DNA of 64,000 nt, taken from contig CM119372.1 in the NCBI GenBank assembly GCA_051294905.1, positions 31,002,001 through 31,066,000 on the forward strand, in the 5' to 3' direction. The translations under genes and the position numbers were made by a program. This document shows, piece after piece, positions 50,400 to 63,265 of the stretch. Under the pieces are notes generated by a model that saw only the letters and a program-made list of their open reading frames with translations, made no database searches and was not told where the DNA came from. Origin of the DNA: Botryllus schlosseri (taxonomy: Eukaryota). Numbering within the stretch: position 1 is the first letter of the stretch; each line of letters opens with the position of its first letter.

Positions 50400-51184
50400 C
50401 AGGGTTGCCAGACATCTTTTGCGAAAAAGGGCCAAACAGCGCCGGAAAAAGGGCCAAAAGGGGCCAAAAAGGGCCAAATTGTTCAATAACGTCAATAACG
50501 TTGCAACATTACCCATAGACACCTGGAATTCCAGTTTTATATTGTTGATACTGTTGTAGGACACCAAATCCACTACCTGCAACTACACTGGATCCTACTA
50601 CAATAACTGCTTCATTATTTCTAGCCTTTTCCGACTGAATATGCTATAATATGAGAGTGATTAAATTTTATGAATTTGAATTAAACATTGAGAGAATATT
50701 TTCTTTACATTTGAAACTTATCCAACTTATATACCTAATTTTTAGGTTTTTCACCAAAAAACTCTTCAGTTATGTTGAATTTTTTTCTTTGAAATTTCTA
50801 TCAATCATTAAGTACTATAAGGGTGCTCTTCTTCAGACTTTTTCTGCTACATAGCTTCCAGCCATGTTCGATGCTTTTTCGTCCACCTGTTCACAAATCT
50901 GTATTTACAATTCCAAAACAGTCTACATTCTACAAAAACAAATCCAAATCTTCTACAGTGTTTCCACTCGAATCTTTGACATTGGCATAAACATTGTCTG
51001 CTCAATTTGCGAGATAGATTTATTTGAATACTTAGTTTGTGGGTATGTCTCAATTGCTTCCAAAAAGAGCCAAAAATTGAAAATAAAGGGCCAAGGGGCC
51101 AAATTATTATTTTGGGGCCAACTGCCTCTAAAAAGGGCCAAATTTCACGAATTTGGCCCCGAAAGGGCCAATCTGGCAACCCTG
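50400..51184. mobile_element. Non-autonomous DNA transposon (CAGGGTTGCCAGA termini, AAAGGGCCAA repeats)
   Basis: Perfect 13-bp TIR, perfect 8-bp TSD TTTTCCAA (50392-50399, 51185-51192); hAT or P superfamily not resolved. Confidence 0.88.
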
Positions 51185-53169
51185 TTTTCCAAGACTCCCA
51201 CGTGCAACCTACCTACGGAACATTCTAGAAACAGCTCAATGACAACACAATGTGATTCCCAGGGCGTAACAATACTCTTCCCTTTCTTGATTAGATTTTC
51301 TGAAAAGTATATCTTAATCACCTAATCAACATATATCAATCATCGCAACTGCATAAAATATCACACTGAAGCCAATAAACCACCCGCGATTCCGTGAGTA
51401 GGCTACACTTCTCCGACTGTTCCCCCACATCACAGCATGTCGCACCAGTTCACAGCAGCGTCGGCCGTCGGTCCCCATTCCACAGCTGTTCGCATCAAAG
51501 CAGCTCTCAACGAGGTGCACCTTCACTGTCACCAATGACCTTTTCCGGAAGCAGCACCGTAACTGCCGCACACCAAACCCCCCAATTGGGGGGGGGGCGA
51601 GCTCGAAGGGGACTCAAAATTATTTCGTGAATTAGCATAAATCATAGAATATTTTTTGAAAATTTATGCAACTTTTTCAAAAATTTTTCGCGCTGGGCGC
51701 GAATTCAAGTAGCCATGTATCTTTATTATTGGGCATTGGGCCATTACCGCGCCACGACCCACCAAGAAATACGATCAAGTTTCAGGCCATATAACATGCG
51801 ACTCCAAGAAGTGTGCCAGAACGATCGACAGCGAGAAAACCTTGACCGAAAGGGTCTATGCCCTTATGCCGACCAAAGACTTCGTTATATATACAAAATA
51901 CATATGAGTTTAATTGTCCATAGGCGCCTTAATGACTGGCGCCGAATGTTCCTGTCTTTGCAATCTGTACCTCACAAGACAAATACCATCCCGCTGGGAA
52001 AATTTTTACGCCAGTGAAGAAATACCAATTTGAAATCGTGTGCGACTCTCAGGGCGAAGATAATAAAGATAGCTGATCCCGTAGAATGCTAATCGTGTGA
52101 TTAAAAACCGCTAATCGGGACCCATTTTAGGCGAAGATAATAAAGTTAGCTGATCCGGAAGCGTGCTAATCGTGTGATTAAAAACCGCTAATCCGCACGC
52201 AGAAAGGTACGCGCGATGATAAGCCCGAGGTTGTAATCAATTGGTGTATGCGAGCCGAACGGATTTTCCACGTCTACCAATCTATTCTTACTGGTGCGAG
52301 CTGACGTGGGTTCGTGCTCATGATTTTCCAACAGGTCAACGACTTCGTTTGTTCCTGGCTATCTGCGATTGACGTGACCCAAAATAAAGTCCTGTGTAAT
52401 CAGTACGGTATACACAGTGACGAAATTGGTTACAGAAGATCGATACACCGACCTGCGATTGTGCGTACATAATCGATTGATTGTTGAGTGACGCCATGTT
52501 ACCTAGGAGACAATCGCTACGGTCATTATCGGAAATATTTGCAAGCACGAATGCTACGCAGTAGGGATGGTGTGAACGTGAGGTTCACGTTCGCGTTCTG
52601 TGTGTGAACCTCGGAAATTTAGAGGTTCGCGTTCACAACAGAACCTTGGTAGGTTCTGCACTGTGAACCTTTTTCATATATAACAATCTTCACTTCATTA
52701 TAACATCTTTGGTTTGAGATTATTGCACTTATACTACGAACCACCCTATGCATGGCGCTGGCAGCATAAAAAGTCAACACTAAACGAGCATGCACCTAGC
52801 CTAGACAATCTCAAAAATTTGCTTTGCTTTGTTAGAAAAGTTTGCTCGAAATATCCAGCTTTCAGTTTGTGAATATTTAGTGACTCTCTGCTGTGAGCTT
52901 GACCCGCAATCACACAACATCACGAGCGAAATACACTACATGTAGTCAGCAAACGATCGTTATTAAACCAATCAATGAGATTGATATCGTTTTCTGATGT
53001 AAATATCTAGCAGGCGTACGGGATCAATCTTGACCTCATATATGTTTACTGTATCACTAGGACCACATCCGTGCGATTGAGGTGTTGGCTACTGCGGTAT
53101 ACCTTGTGGGGTAATATCGGTAGGAAGGATAGAAACCTGTTTTACACTCTGTTCAACATCAATGTAGCA

Positions 53170-54903
53170 CAGAGATGGAAGTCGGGCCGGGCTTTTCGGG
53201 TCCGGGCCGGGCTCGGGCCGGGTTCGGGCCCAAAGTCATAAAAATTATCGGGATTGAATCGGGCTGAATATGGCTGAATATGCTATTGATGCTTCAAACA
53301 TTACGGCAACTACCGACCACGGTGCAAATGTTGTCGCTGCCTTTCGAGTAGGAATGTTGGAAACGTCCGCACGCCTTGACTGTATGGCACAGGCTACACA
53401 CTTGCTTCTCAACCATGTGGTCACGGGTATGCACTTCACAGTCAGAATTGCTCGATTACGATAACAATGCATCTTCTCTGGTAAAGTATTGTAATCAAGC
53501 CTCCGGTGTGCAGGAACAACTGCCCGTGTCGTTGAAAAAAGGCTCGTCAACTCGGAGATGGCAAGGCTATATTGATAGAGCATATTCCATCAACGAAAGT
53601 TATGAAGCTTTGGTGCGCATTCTTTCAGAACCACACAGAGACCGCATGCAGCTCATAGCATCTGTTAATCGAAGAATGAAGGCGGAAATTTTACAATTCA
53701 TGAAACCATTCGGCGATATATTTGATGTTATGCAATTTAATTCCAAACCAACGATAGGCTACGCCGTGCTAGCGTATTATAAGGCGTTTGAACTTGCAAA
53801 ACCTTGCCAGAATGACTATCCCGTTATCAAGGCCATGAAGACAGAACGTGGACAACTTTTGGACACAGTATATTTTAAATCTTCGCTGAAGGCCCATCAC
53901 TGGCTAGCTATAACCTTTCTCGATCCAAATTTCAAACGATTTGAATTTCTGCCACTTATTAGTAATGAAGAGGTCTCATTCAAGATAAGATTGCTCTCGG
54001 ACATTGATAAATGGGTAATTGAACACATGGAAAAGGTTGCCGACAATAGCCCAGGAAATCAAGACTATGTTCGATCAGAAGCAAGAGAAATGCGACCAAT
54101 CGAACTTGATGATCCATTCTCCCAATTTCGCGACGGTCTTGACAGACATTCTGCTCCAAGCCTCGCTTCGTCTGACAGTATCAAGCGAAACTTACTTCAG
54201 GAACTTCAACGGTACAAGGAATACCAAAATGCATCATCGCATCCCAATCCGCTGGACTTCTGGAGAAACCATGAACGGGACTTTCCATCGCTCTCCAGGG
54301 TGGCTAGAAAGATGTTTGCAGCCCAGTGCTCAAGTGCGCAATCCGACAGAGATTTTTCATCGTGCGGTCTGACCTTGTCGCAGAGACGAACCCGACTGGC
54401 TCCAGTAACTGTTGATGCTATTGAAATAATCAATTCTTCGTATAACGTGTGAATGCAACGCCCTTTGTATGGATGACAGTTGACTTGTATTTAGAACAAA
54501 CTATTTTTTCTCATCTTGGCCAATTTCATTCCTTTATTTCTTTAATTTAGTTTAATATTGAACCATTTAATACAGTTCACATTTTGCAAAAAGGATGGTG
54601 GAACTAAGTTAACAGTGGGGCTGTTTTCAGCGTATTCTCATTCAGATATATTAAGTTCTCTTGCCATATGCAAGATTGCTATCGAAAGAAAACAAAGTGA
54701 GAGCATTGAAAGCGTTGAAAAGCTCGAAATTTGAATAGTATATCAGCTTATTTGCTCGCAACAGTAGAAAATTGCTATTTGAACTTGGTTTCGGGCCGAA
54801 ACGGGCTCAAAACTCGACCGTCGGGTTCGGGCCGGGTTCGGGCTGAACTTGTCGGGTTCGGGCCGGGTTCGGGTGCGGCTCACCCGGCCCGCTTCCATCT
54901 CTG
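53170..54903 (+). mobile_element. hAT (Ac/ZBED-type) internal-deletion derivative
   Basis: TIR CAGAGATGGAAG, TTCGGGCCGGG subterminal arrays at both ends, 7-bp direct flank TGTAGCA (53163-53169, 54904-54910). Confidence 0.88.
53270..54452 (+). pseudogene. hAT transposase, 5'-truncated and frameshifted
   Basis: TTDHGANVVAA motif; CMA/HRLH (CxxH) split by a frameshift at about 53387; TRRW; FLDPNFK; hATC dimerisation region PLDFWRNHERDFPSLSRVARKMFAAQCSSAQSDRDFS with the expected catalytic Glu replaced by Asp; BED finger and first Asp absent. Confidence 0.9.
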
Positions 54904-54920
54904 TGTAGCAATACTTACAC

Positions 54921-55197
54921 GCCGAATGGCGAGATATCGTAGTGGTACAATCCACAGCTACATCACCAATGGGTTGCGGGTTCGAGTCCGACCGATATCG
55001 ACTCCAGAATTCCTACCCAAGTGTTGGAGGTTTATCTAGGCTCCTCCTCGCCGTGTCTTATAAAACGCCTAGAAGTGGGCCGTGCCGTCGGCAGACACGG
55101 AATCCAAAATATATAGAATATCGGCCTGGTGTAAATGACCAATGACCTGACCATAGTATAGTCGACAAAGACCATGAATACCACAAATAACAACAAC
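54921..55197 (+). mobile_element. tRNA-derived SINE, family 2, near full length
   Basis: Head with TATCGTAGTGGT A-box-like motif, B box GGTTCGAGTCC at 54979-54989, (CAA)n tail; homologues at 37438-37702, about 45860-45990, about 47551-47670 and about 27157-27200. Confidence 0.78.
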
Positions 55198-55466
55198 TTA
55201 GGCGCCGAATACATAGTCCGATCTGGCCTAGACCGTTGAGGCGTAAGCTTTTATTCCCTGTTAAGTCCTCGTCGAAATTGCTGGCAAAGAGACGAAAAGT
55301 ATTGATTTTATGGGACTATTTTATAATTTGATTGCCTCATTTAATACATTTGGCGACGTCTAAAACGCCAATATGTACTTCAGCATTGTGGCATTATGAG
55401 GCCCGAGTCGTGGCTAGGTTTCGTGTTCATTAACATAGGCAGTTACTTCATTCGAGCTATCTACAT

Positions 55467-58400
55467 TAGGGCTCTTCAAAAATGACTTTTTTTCTCAAAT
55501 CGTACTGGCTACTTGATAAAATTGTTAGGTTACCTCATTTAAGCCTACACACCAAATTTGGTTCAATTCTAGCCAGTAGCCGCATTGCTACGGCAATTTA
55601 AAAACTTGGAAATTTTTCCGAAAAATACCATCATTCACTAGAATCAGTGTTACTGAAATAGCCACTGTGCAAGCGGTATATACTTGAATGCCTGTGCCTA
55701 TGAAAATGACGGAGTCACAGAAATAATCTGTATCGAAGGTAGCTTTCTATATCTACAAGAAGAGTAAAGTAAGGTAGGTACTACGTAGGGGAAAAAAACT
55801 TATATTTAAAAAAAAACGTTGCTCAGTATGGTTGAACGAGAAGTATTGCCTAACATTTTTAGATGTCTTGAGGTTTAAAAATTACCTGGAAGCCAGATGG
55901 ATATTTCAAATGACACCAATTCCATTGAATGAAGTGTATTTTATCAAACGAAAAAGTTACCGCAATGTATTTTCACCAAAGAAACAATAATACAAAAACG
56001 ACCAGATACAATATTGAAAAGCGTAAAAGTATAATTTATTTAGCACATTGACATCATATTCACCAATTTCAAATTATTTATGTGCCAATGAGGATTTTTT
56101 GAAATCTGAGCGAAGCTTGCGACTGTTTTCAACGCACTGCATTATTACATTCCTTTCATATGAGTCATGCGTGAGGATGTCTTTGTACTCCTCAAGGAGA
56201 CGAATTCCTCTTTCTGCAGGATCATTCACAACTTTTAAAGATCTCACTACATTTTCAAGGTACCTATACTTGGAAAATTGAAGCCACGTTGTCGATGGAT
56301 GCTTAAGAAATTCCATGGCATCTAAACTGAATTTCATTTGTTTAAAAAGTATGGTTGATCTGTCACCGACCAGATGATGAAGTCTTGTTTCTTCAGAAAC
56401 TGTTGGAAAAACAGGTTTCTGCGGAGGAATCCGCACATATTTCAAAGGATTCATAAATTTTCAAAGCAAGTGATTCTTTTTCGTCAGGGGCTAAAGTTTC
56501 TGAGCATAAAGCAAAGGGAATAAGCTCTTGTGACAAATACCAGAGATGGCCCTTGAATGAGGAAATTACAGTAGTTGCAATTTCCCTCATTGGGCCATTG
56601 CCAACGGAAACTTCCAGCATTTTTTGGTAAAATTGCAAATCATAGACAGCAGCCTCCGAGGGGAGGGGAGCTTGAAGCCAATAACAGGTATAAAAACATG
56701 CAATGAAGTCACCAAAACGCTTCATCTTCATGAGAGTGGACTCGTCAAGATCAAGTTGGTCTCGGAGAAGAAGCATCTTTAACGTGTAAATTGCAGATGA
56801 CATCCACCGCGCTCTATGATGAGGTCCTGGCCTGCGAAATGTGAAATTAGGAAATGCTGCCTTATCAATGTAAAATATAGAAAGAGTAAGTAACTCCTTG
56901 TAGTCATCTCGTGGGGTGTAGTTACTGTTGGAACGTAGCTTGTCTAAAGTGGATTTAGCCTGTAATACATCACCCTTTTCAACATTTTCTCCAATTACCA
57001 GATGATTCGTTTCATTTTCATGATTCAAAATATCCCATGTTTTTTTCAAATAATCAAAAATATCAACTTTTGGGCCAGTTGATGCACCGAAAACACTTTT
57101 GAGCACATGTGATAAAATGATTTCATATATGTGATGACGGCATGCCGTCTAAAGTAATGGGTGTCCCAGCAAAGCTTCCAGCAAAATGCATGCACCACTA
57201 AATTTGCCAGTGTTTGAGGACGTCGTGTCAAAACACATGGCCAAGCAATTATCCCGAATTTGCCATTCGTTTAGTATTTCTTCGATAGCTGAAGATTGAT
57301 TAAATCCAGTCCCGGATTGTAAATCAGTAGTCCCAAGCTTTGATTCCCCTCCAGCACTTGCCAATATGGCGATGTGCTGTTTGGGAAACATATCAGTACC
57401 CTGCTTCAGGAGTTTCTCGTCCCAGTGAATTGTAAAATATTTTCCTTTTGATGCTAATTTGAATTGTTCCTTGATTTCCCAACAATAGTTACTCCGAACA
57501 GCCTGACGCCACCGTGAAGTTGTTGACTCACTTAAAATGAATTCATTGACATCACCGCCAGATGCTCTGATAACGGATGCCAAAATATCATTTAATCCGT
57601 TATTTGAAAGTTTATGTCTATCAGCAGCAGCAATTACTGAAGGCAGAGATGATATTCTTCGTGGGATTTTCATCAACACGAAATCAGATCGATTTGATCT
57701 ACTGGAACCTGGCATATCATCGTCAGTTGTTATTACAGCGGCAGAAGAGCCTGTGTCACTACTAGTGCTAGTGAGAACGGAGTCCGGTAATATCCACGTA
57801 GATGCATCCAGCATGTCATCACGTGATCTTTTACGCCGCCTTGTTTCAGCCTCCTTAGCTTCTCGTTTACGTCTTACTTGTTTGCGTATAGATTTTACTT
57901 CAGTACCGAATGTGAATTTACGTGGTCCTTTTTGATCCTGCAAAAATCTTCCATCGACTTCATTCAAGTGACCCATGGCATCTGCCCTTGATATGTCAAA
58001 CAACCTGCTCAATTTGTTTATAAACTCTTGTTCGTCGTCAATTGTTTTCTGACTCTTGTGGGCACCTGGGCGGGTTTTATTTTGAATATTTCTATATTCA
58101 CCCCATAACTTGTCCAACTTGTCAGTAACTGCTTTCCTAGTTTGAAAGCTGGTGTATCCCGGTGTTGCACCCGTTGAAAGTTTTCTCCAACATGATTCAA
58201 GCTCCTTCCATACACAGATTACTGCCTCCTTTTTTTTCAGCTGCTTTACTTTCCAGAGAAAAATGAATCTCTGAAGCACCTCATGAGTAGTGGGTAGTTT
58301 TGCAGAATTAAATATTTCAGTTCTGGCTTTTCCTATGAGGGGGAAGCCAATATCATGAGAGCGTCTTTCCATAACTAATCGATGCCACCGTTTTAAAGCA

Positions 58401-59441
58401 GTTGAATGATATCTTAATAACTCAGCAATTCTGCTGTTTAACTCAAATGTTTTTTAAATTGCCTGTAAAAACATGTCAACTTATTACAGGAAGTGAAGAC
58501 AACCGCCTGTACTATGATAAAAAAGGCCCCAGAATCAGTATGGAACAATATTGAGTGAAATATATTTCCAAACATTATCATCACTAGCTCCAGCTTAGAC
58601 AGGCACCTCATCAAAAAGAACACCGTATAGCTATTCATCTGATAAATTTCTCTGCAACTGATTCACTAGGTACATAACATGTTTATCCAGGTGTTGAACC
58701 TTTGAAAAGTTTGTTGTCGCCACCGATTAAAGCCTCATTTGTCAGCTTTTTTACTTTACAGTGAAATGTGAATCGCTGCATGAACTTAATGAGTACGGTA
58801 TATAGCAGGTAGTCTGGCAGATGAAATTTCACTTCTGGCTTTCCATGTAAGTGGTAAGTCAACATCCCTGGATCAAAGTTCCATCTATTCTACAGATTGC
58901 ACAATAGATAGATACAGCCAGCCTCAAACGTCCTCCACCATCCCTTACCAGCAGTTGTCACATTTGTTATGTTTACATTCCAGCAGATGCTTGTGTGCTC
59001 CTCTACACAATGTCCAACGGGCTCGACGTATCACCGTGGAGCTCACGTTCAAGAACCCATGTTTTCTCAACCTATATGATTAGTTTCGAAAGAATTATGC
59101 TAAAACCAGCTTGAAATATTGTTTTCGTGTTGATTAAACTGGTTCAATATGTTTTCAATGATAATTTAGAAAGCTTCATCCCATAAATATTTATTCAATG
59201 ACTCCATCGGTTTCGTAGGCACAGTCATTAAATCATATGCCGGTGTCTTCGTTGCTATTTCAATCGCGCCAATGGTAGTGATCTTTTTCCGAATAGTTTC
59301 AAGTTTTTATATCGTCGTAGCAATGCAACGACTGGATGGAATTGAACCAAATTTGGTGTCTAGGCTTAAATTAGGTAACCTAACAATTTTATCAAGTAGC
59401 CAGTACGATTTGAGAAAAAAAGTCATTTTTGAAGAGCCCTA
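55467..59441 (-). mobile_element. hATm-like DNA transposon, full length (3975 bp)
   Basis: Long TIR starting TAGGGCTCTTCAAAAATGAC (first 69 nt identical, similarity to about 150 nt), perfect TSD ATCTACAT (55459-55466, 59442-59449), transposase inside. Confidence 0.92.
56074..58372 (-). pseudogene. hATm-like transposase (about 765 aa) disrupted by one nonsense codon and one frameshift
   Basis: Three ORFs join into one protein with motifs IHWDEK, CFDTTSSNTG..GAC, LL*TACRHH (TAG at 57149-57151 where Trp is expected), HHRARWM, HLWYLSQEL, then a frameshift near 56430-56450, then LKVVNDPAERGIRL. Confidence 0.88.
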
Positions 59442-59644
59442 ATCTACATGTCCATTATATTTACCCGACATTGATTATTACGTAGGGGGACTCACCGAAT
59501 GGCGACAGCTTACCCGACAATTCGCCGTTTTACATGTCACAGGTTTATCTATCGAAACTACACATTGCATTACAGCGGGTTGTTTTGTATCGGAAGCTAA
59601 ATTGGCTCTTCCATATCAGGCTCGTTTCGTACGGTACTTTAGAC

Positions 59645-61582
59645 CAGTGGTTCTCAACCGCCGGTCCGCGACGACATTCCTGCCGGTCCGCAAGGTATAT
59701 TACAATTTTATACTTCAATTTCAAGATGTAATGTTGAAGGCTTGTCCATTGATAGAATAAATAAAACATCAAATTTTAAAATAATTCAGAAGTTCGTGAG
59801 GAAACAGTAGGGCTTGAAACATGTTCGATTTAACTTAAAGTTCAAGACGTGTTATTTAACGAGCGACAAGTACAGAACAGGTACGAGCTGACTCATCGCT
59901 AAACAGCGCAGTTTGCGGGATCATTCGTTTTCAATTGATTCATTTTGTGTAGGACCGTAACTGGGGCACCTAAAATCGCACAATTGGAGTGGAGTCGAGC
60001 TTGAAAAGTGCCCAAAATTATTTTGCAAATGAACCTAAATCATAGCGTATTTTTCTGAAACTTTTTCCAGCATTTTTCGATTTCTTTTCGCGTTTTGCGC
60101 GATTTAGTGTCCCTAAATGTCTTGCTTATTAGGTGCCATTCTCCGAAATATACGCATGGATGATAGAAATAGGCATTTCGGCGTCAGCCATTACCGCGCC
60201 GCGACGTACCAACCCCTAATGAAGTATAGGCTGACATGGAACTCCGAAGGGTGTGCCAAAAATTCGGCAGCGAGAAAACCGATTCGGTCATGAATGATCG
60301 ATAATATTCGGTATTGCCGCAATTAAGCTACATAAACTATCTGCTTGCGCCGAGTACAATGAATGTGCTCACAAGTAGCCTACAGGTGAAAACATCCACC
60401 GACCTGTAGGGTCTGGGGGTGAATCCCTTGGAAGTTTGGCTTATCTCCCTGTGGGGGACCAAGACCAACGTTTTTGAGGGTGGGCTAACGAAGTGCTTTT
60501 GCGGCCCGGATTTCCGCATGGCCAGTATAGTTGCTGCAAGGTGTTTTCCTGCGGCACACATTGTATTCGTAGTTGCCAGAGTAGCGTATGCGTCTAATAG
60601 AAGTGGGCAATGAGTATAAGGTAGCACCGCAAGGTGCTTGGTTCGACTTGGTGCTTGGTTCGAGTTGGCGTGGCCGGTTAAAACCCACGGCCCACAATAT
60701 AGTTTTGGTCCCCCTTCGAGCTCGCCCTCCCAATTATGGGGTTTGGGGTGCGGCAGTTACGGTCTGTCATACGTGTGTATGAAGAGCTGTCCTAGGGGTT
60801 TGAACCTGGCATATTCGGTACGTGAATTGTGAATAGTGAATACTCAGCATTAAATTCCGAGTCCATTCGTACTAAATTCAAGTCAATCCGACCAAAATTG
60901 TAGAGTGTATGACCATGATAGAATTGCTTATCACAATTTGAACACTAGGCTACCTCGGACATGAATGTATAGGGCATTTTGAAAATTTCAAGTTGGCGAT
61001 AATAGGGGTTTATGCCTGGCATGTTTGGTATCAAACCAGGAAGATGCTACAGATGTGCAAAACATACCGGTTTTACCTGTGATACTTGCAACCAACTGGT
61101 TTGCCCAAGACACAAAAAATCTCAGAAGAACGAACATTGCTTGGAATGCTGATCAATTTGTTGTAGTGCTGTTTCGTTGTTGTTGCGTTTGAAATATACG
61201 CGGCGAAACATCGCTTATTGACATTTCCGTGGATTTTCGACTTCTCAATCTAAAACTATGTCCTGAGACCCCTAAATCAGGATCCATGATCGTTTCTTGA
61301 GGTTGAAAAACACGAGGAAATACCAGGTTGACAATCTGTCAACGTGTGTCCGATTATGTTACTTGAAATTCCTGTGCTCGCGGACTCACCCAGGACCTTC
61401 CGCGGACTCATTTGAGTCCGCGGACTCGGGGTTGTGAAACACTGCTCTAGCACCATATAATTGCAAAAAACGGTTGCATACTTTACATTTTGGCTTCATT
61501 TCAATTTTTGAAGTGCACCGGTCCGCCAGACATTTTTTAAAATTTTACCGGTCCGCGAGGTGAAAAAGGTTGAGAACCACTG
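59645..61582. mobile_element. hAT (Charlie/Buster-type) non-autonomous element with CCGGTCCGC repeats
   Basis: Perfect TIR CAGTGGTTCTCAACC, perfect TSD CTTTAGAC (59637-59644, 61583-61590); a matching right end is also present at about 21775-21841; contains fragments of other repeats. Confidence 0.88.
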
Positions 61583-63265
61583 CTTTAGACCAATGATATA
61601 TATACAATGATTGGAAACTCCAATGAGCTCTGCGTTTGAGCGCGTTGCGAGTCATGCTTCACCAGCGGTATGAAATCGATGTGAACAAACGATTCGCCAG
61701 CAATCTTTCTTCAGGAACTGGCGTTAACGTAGTGAAAAGTTTTTTATCGAGACCTCTTTTGCAGGTGAAATGTGTGCATACTGTACAGGTTTTTGCCAAT
61801 ACCAGTAGCATGGCTTACTATTCAGACGAAACTGATGTACCAGTATGCCAACGTGATGAACATTGTGATCGGAGGTGGCCTCGCAGTGTCGAATAAAGGT
61901 GGATACTTCATAGTACGAGGTAGAGTTGGGATCAGGTCACTATCTTCAAGTCATTGCAAATTATTAATCAAGTCACAAAGTCATTTCTAAATTTTTCAAG
62001 TCAATTCAGGCAGGTTCTAAAACTGACTCTGAAGTTGTGAAAGTCAGCAAAACCTACTTGAGGATATCGCAAAAAGCATCACGTTTTTGAAGTAATAATA
62101 GTCATTATTCCTTTGTTACGGAGATTCATCTTGTGATTCGAATGCTCAGATATACAATTGAATAAAAATAAAAATATTTTTGTTTGATACTTATCAGGAG
62201 TAATCGTCAGCAGCTTGTAGATACAGTACAATTGACTAACAGATGTATACAAACTATAGTCTAACTCATTTCTTCATACTACTCGAGTACTTTTCAGACC
62301 GTTCATTTTCTGCTTCAACAAGTAGATTTCAATATCCAATTGACTAAGAAACGTCTGCAAAATCTGGTCTTAACCTACTTTTTCAAACTACTTCATGAGT
62401 ACAATTTACCATGATATGATGGTATATCTTATAAGTGTATGTGTGCGCAAGAGCGACCCACATTAGGTTTAAGTTCCTGCCACTGTCCATGTCAGGTTTG
62501 ATAGACTTGTGCACAGCCAATGATATATAAATGATTGTATATATATCATTGTTTAGACATATCATCGCCATTCGACGATATAATTATACCCACTGGTGCT
62601 AAAAGTCACTTATAATGTTATAAAACTGACTTAAAATCAATTATACAGCCATGGAAATACCTAAACCAAACTAAAACCTCTGGACGAACGTTTCCGTTAC
62701 CCGATATACGCGATTTCCCCTGCTGTTTTATCGGGTAACCTCGCGACACAATTTTGCCCGACAGATTTCCCGACAAATTTGCGTCGTCTGTGACGCACGA
62801 ATGCGTAACCTTACGTCGGGTAATTTGTCGGGACATCTAGCGACATGTAGATAGGCCTATTGACAGATAGGGTTGGAATTAGCAACATGACGTCACATGA
62901 CGTCATGAGGTTCGCGTTCGCGTTCACGCAGAACCTTTCACACGCCTTTCAGAGGTTCGCACCATCCCTACTACGCAGTGTAAGTACGCTGAACAGTTTG
63001 CTTTTTGAGAGCTAGTTATCTGTACTCTGTTCCGGTTTGCTAAATCATGAGATTAACGACGAAGTTCATGCGCTACGATAAACCGGTGTTCCTAATCCTG
63101 GGTTGCTAAATCCTGAGGAACGCGCTAATCGACTTAGCCGCTCATCAAACTTTATCATCTCCGCCCTAGAAGCCTACGTTTGGGCGATTCTATATTTTTT
63201 GATATAGCAGACTGGAAGTCACGAAATAACATCATGAAACGAAGTCATATCAACGGGTCCGCCCG

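Larger units (their letters stand above)
52562..62970. mobile_element. Ac-like hAT non-autonomous element expanded to 10.4 kb by nested insertions
   Basis: TIR TAGGGATGGTG(T/C)GAAC, GGTTCGCGTTC subterminal repeats at both ends, perfect TSD CTACGCAG (52554-52561, 62971-62978). Confidence 0.88.
52050..63168. mobile_element. Older outer TIR element enclosing the nested stack
   Basis: CAGGGCGAAGATAATAAAG at 52050 (duplicated about 78 bp later) versus CTTTATCATCTCCGCCCTA ending 63168; GCTAATC repeats at both ends; no TSD seen. Confidence 0.45.

Noticed and set aside
50230..51560. C-rich, strand-biased sequence around the 50400 element, possibly a retroelement fragment
   Set aside because: I could not recognise any RT, endonuclease or gag motif; blastx would be needed.
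53168..54905. CACTA/CMC-type reading of the ends (CACAGAG... with 3-bp TAG TSD)
   Set aside because: The encoded protein is clearly a hAT transposase; the CAC extension is explained by the flanking TGTAGCA duplication.
57537..57935. 132-aa plus-strand ORF
   Set aside because: It is the antisense shadow of the hATm-like transposase.
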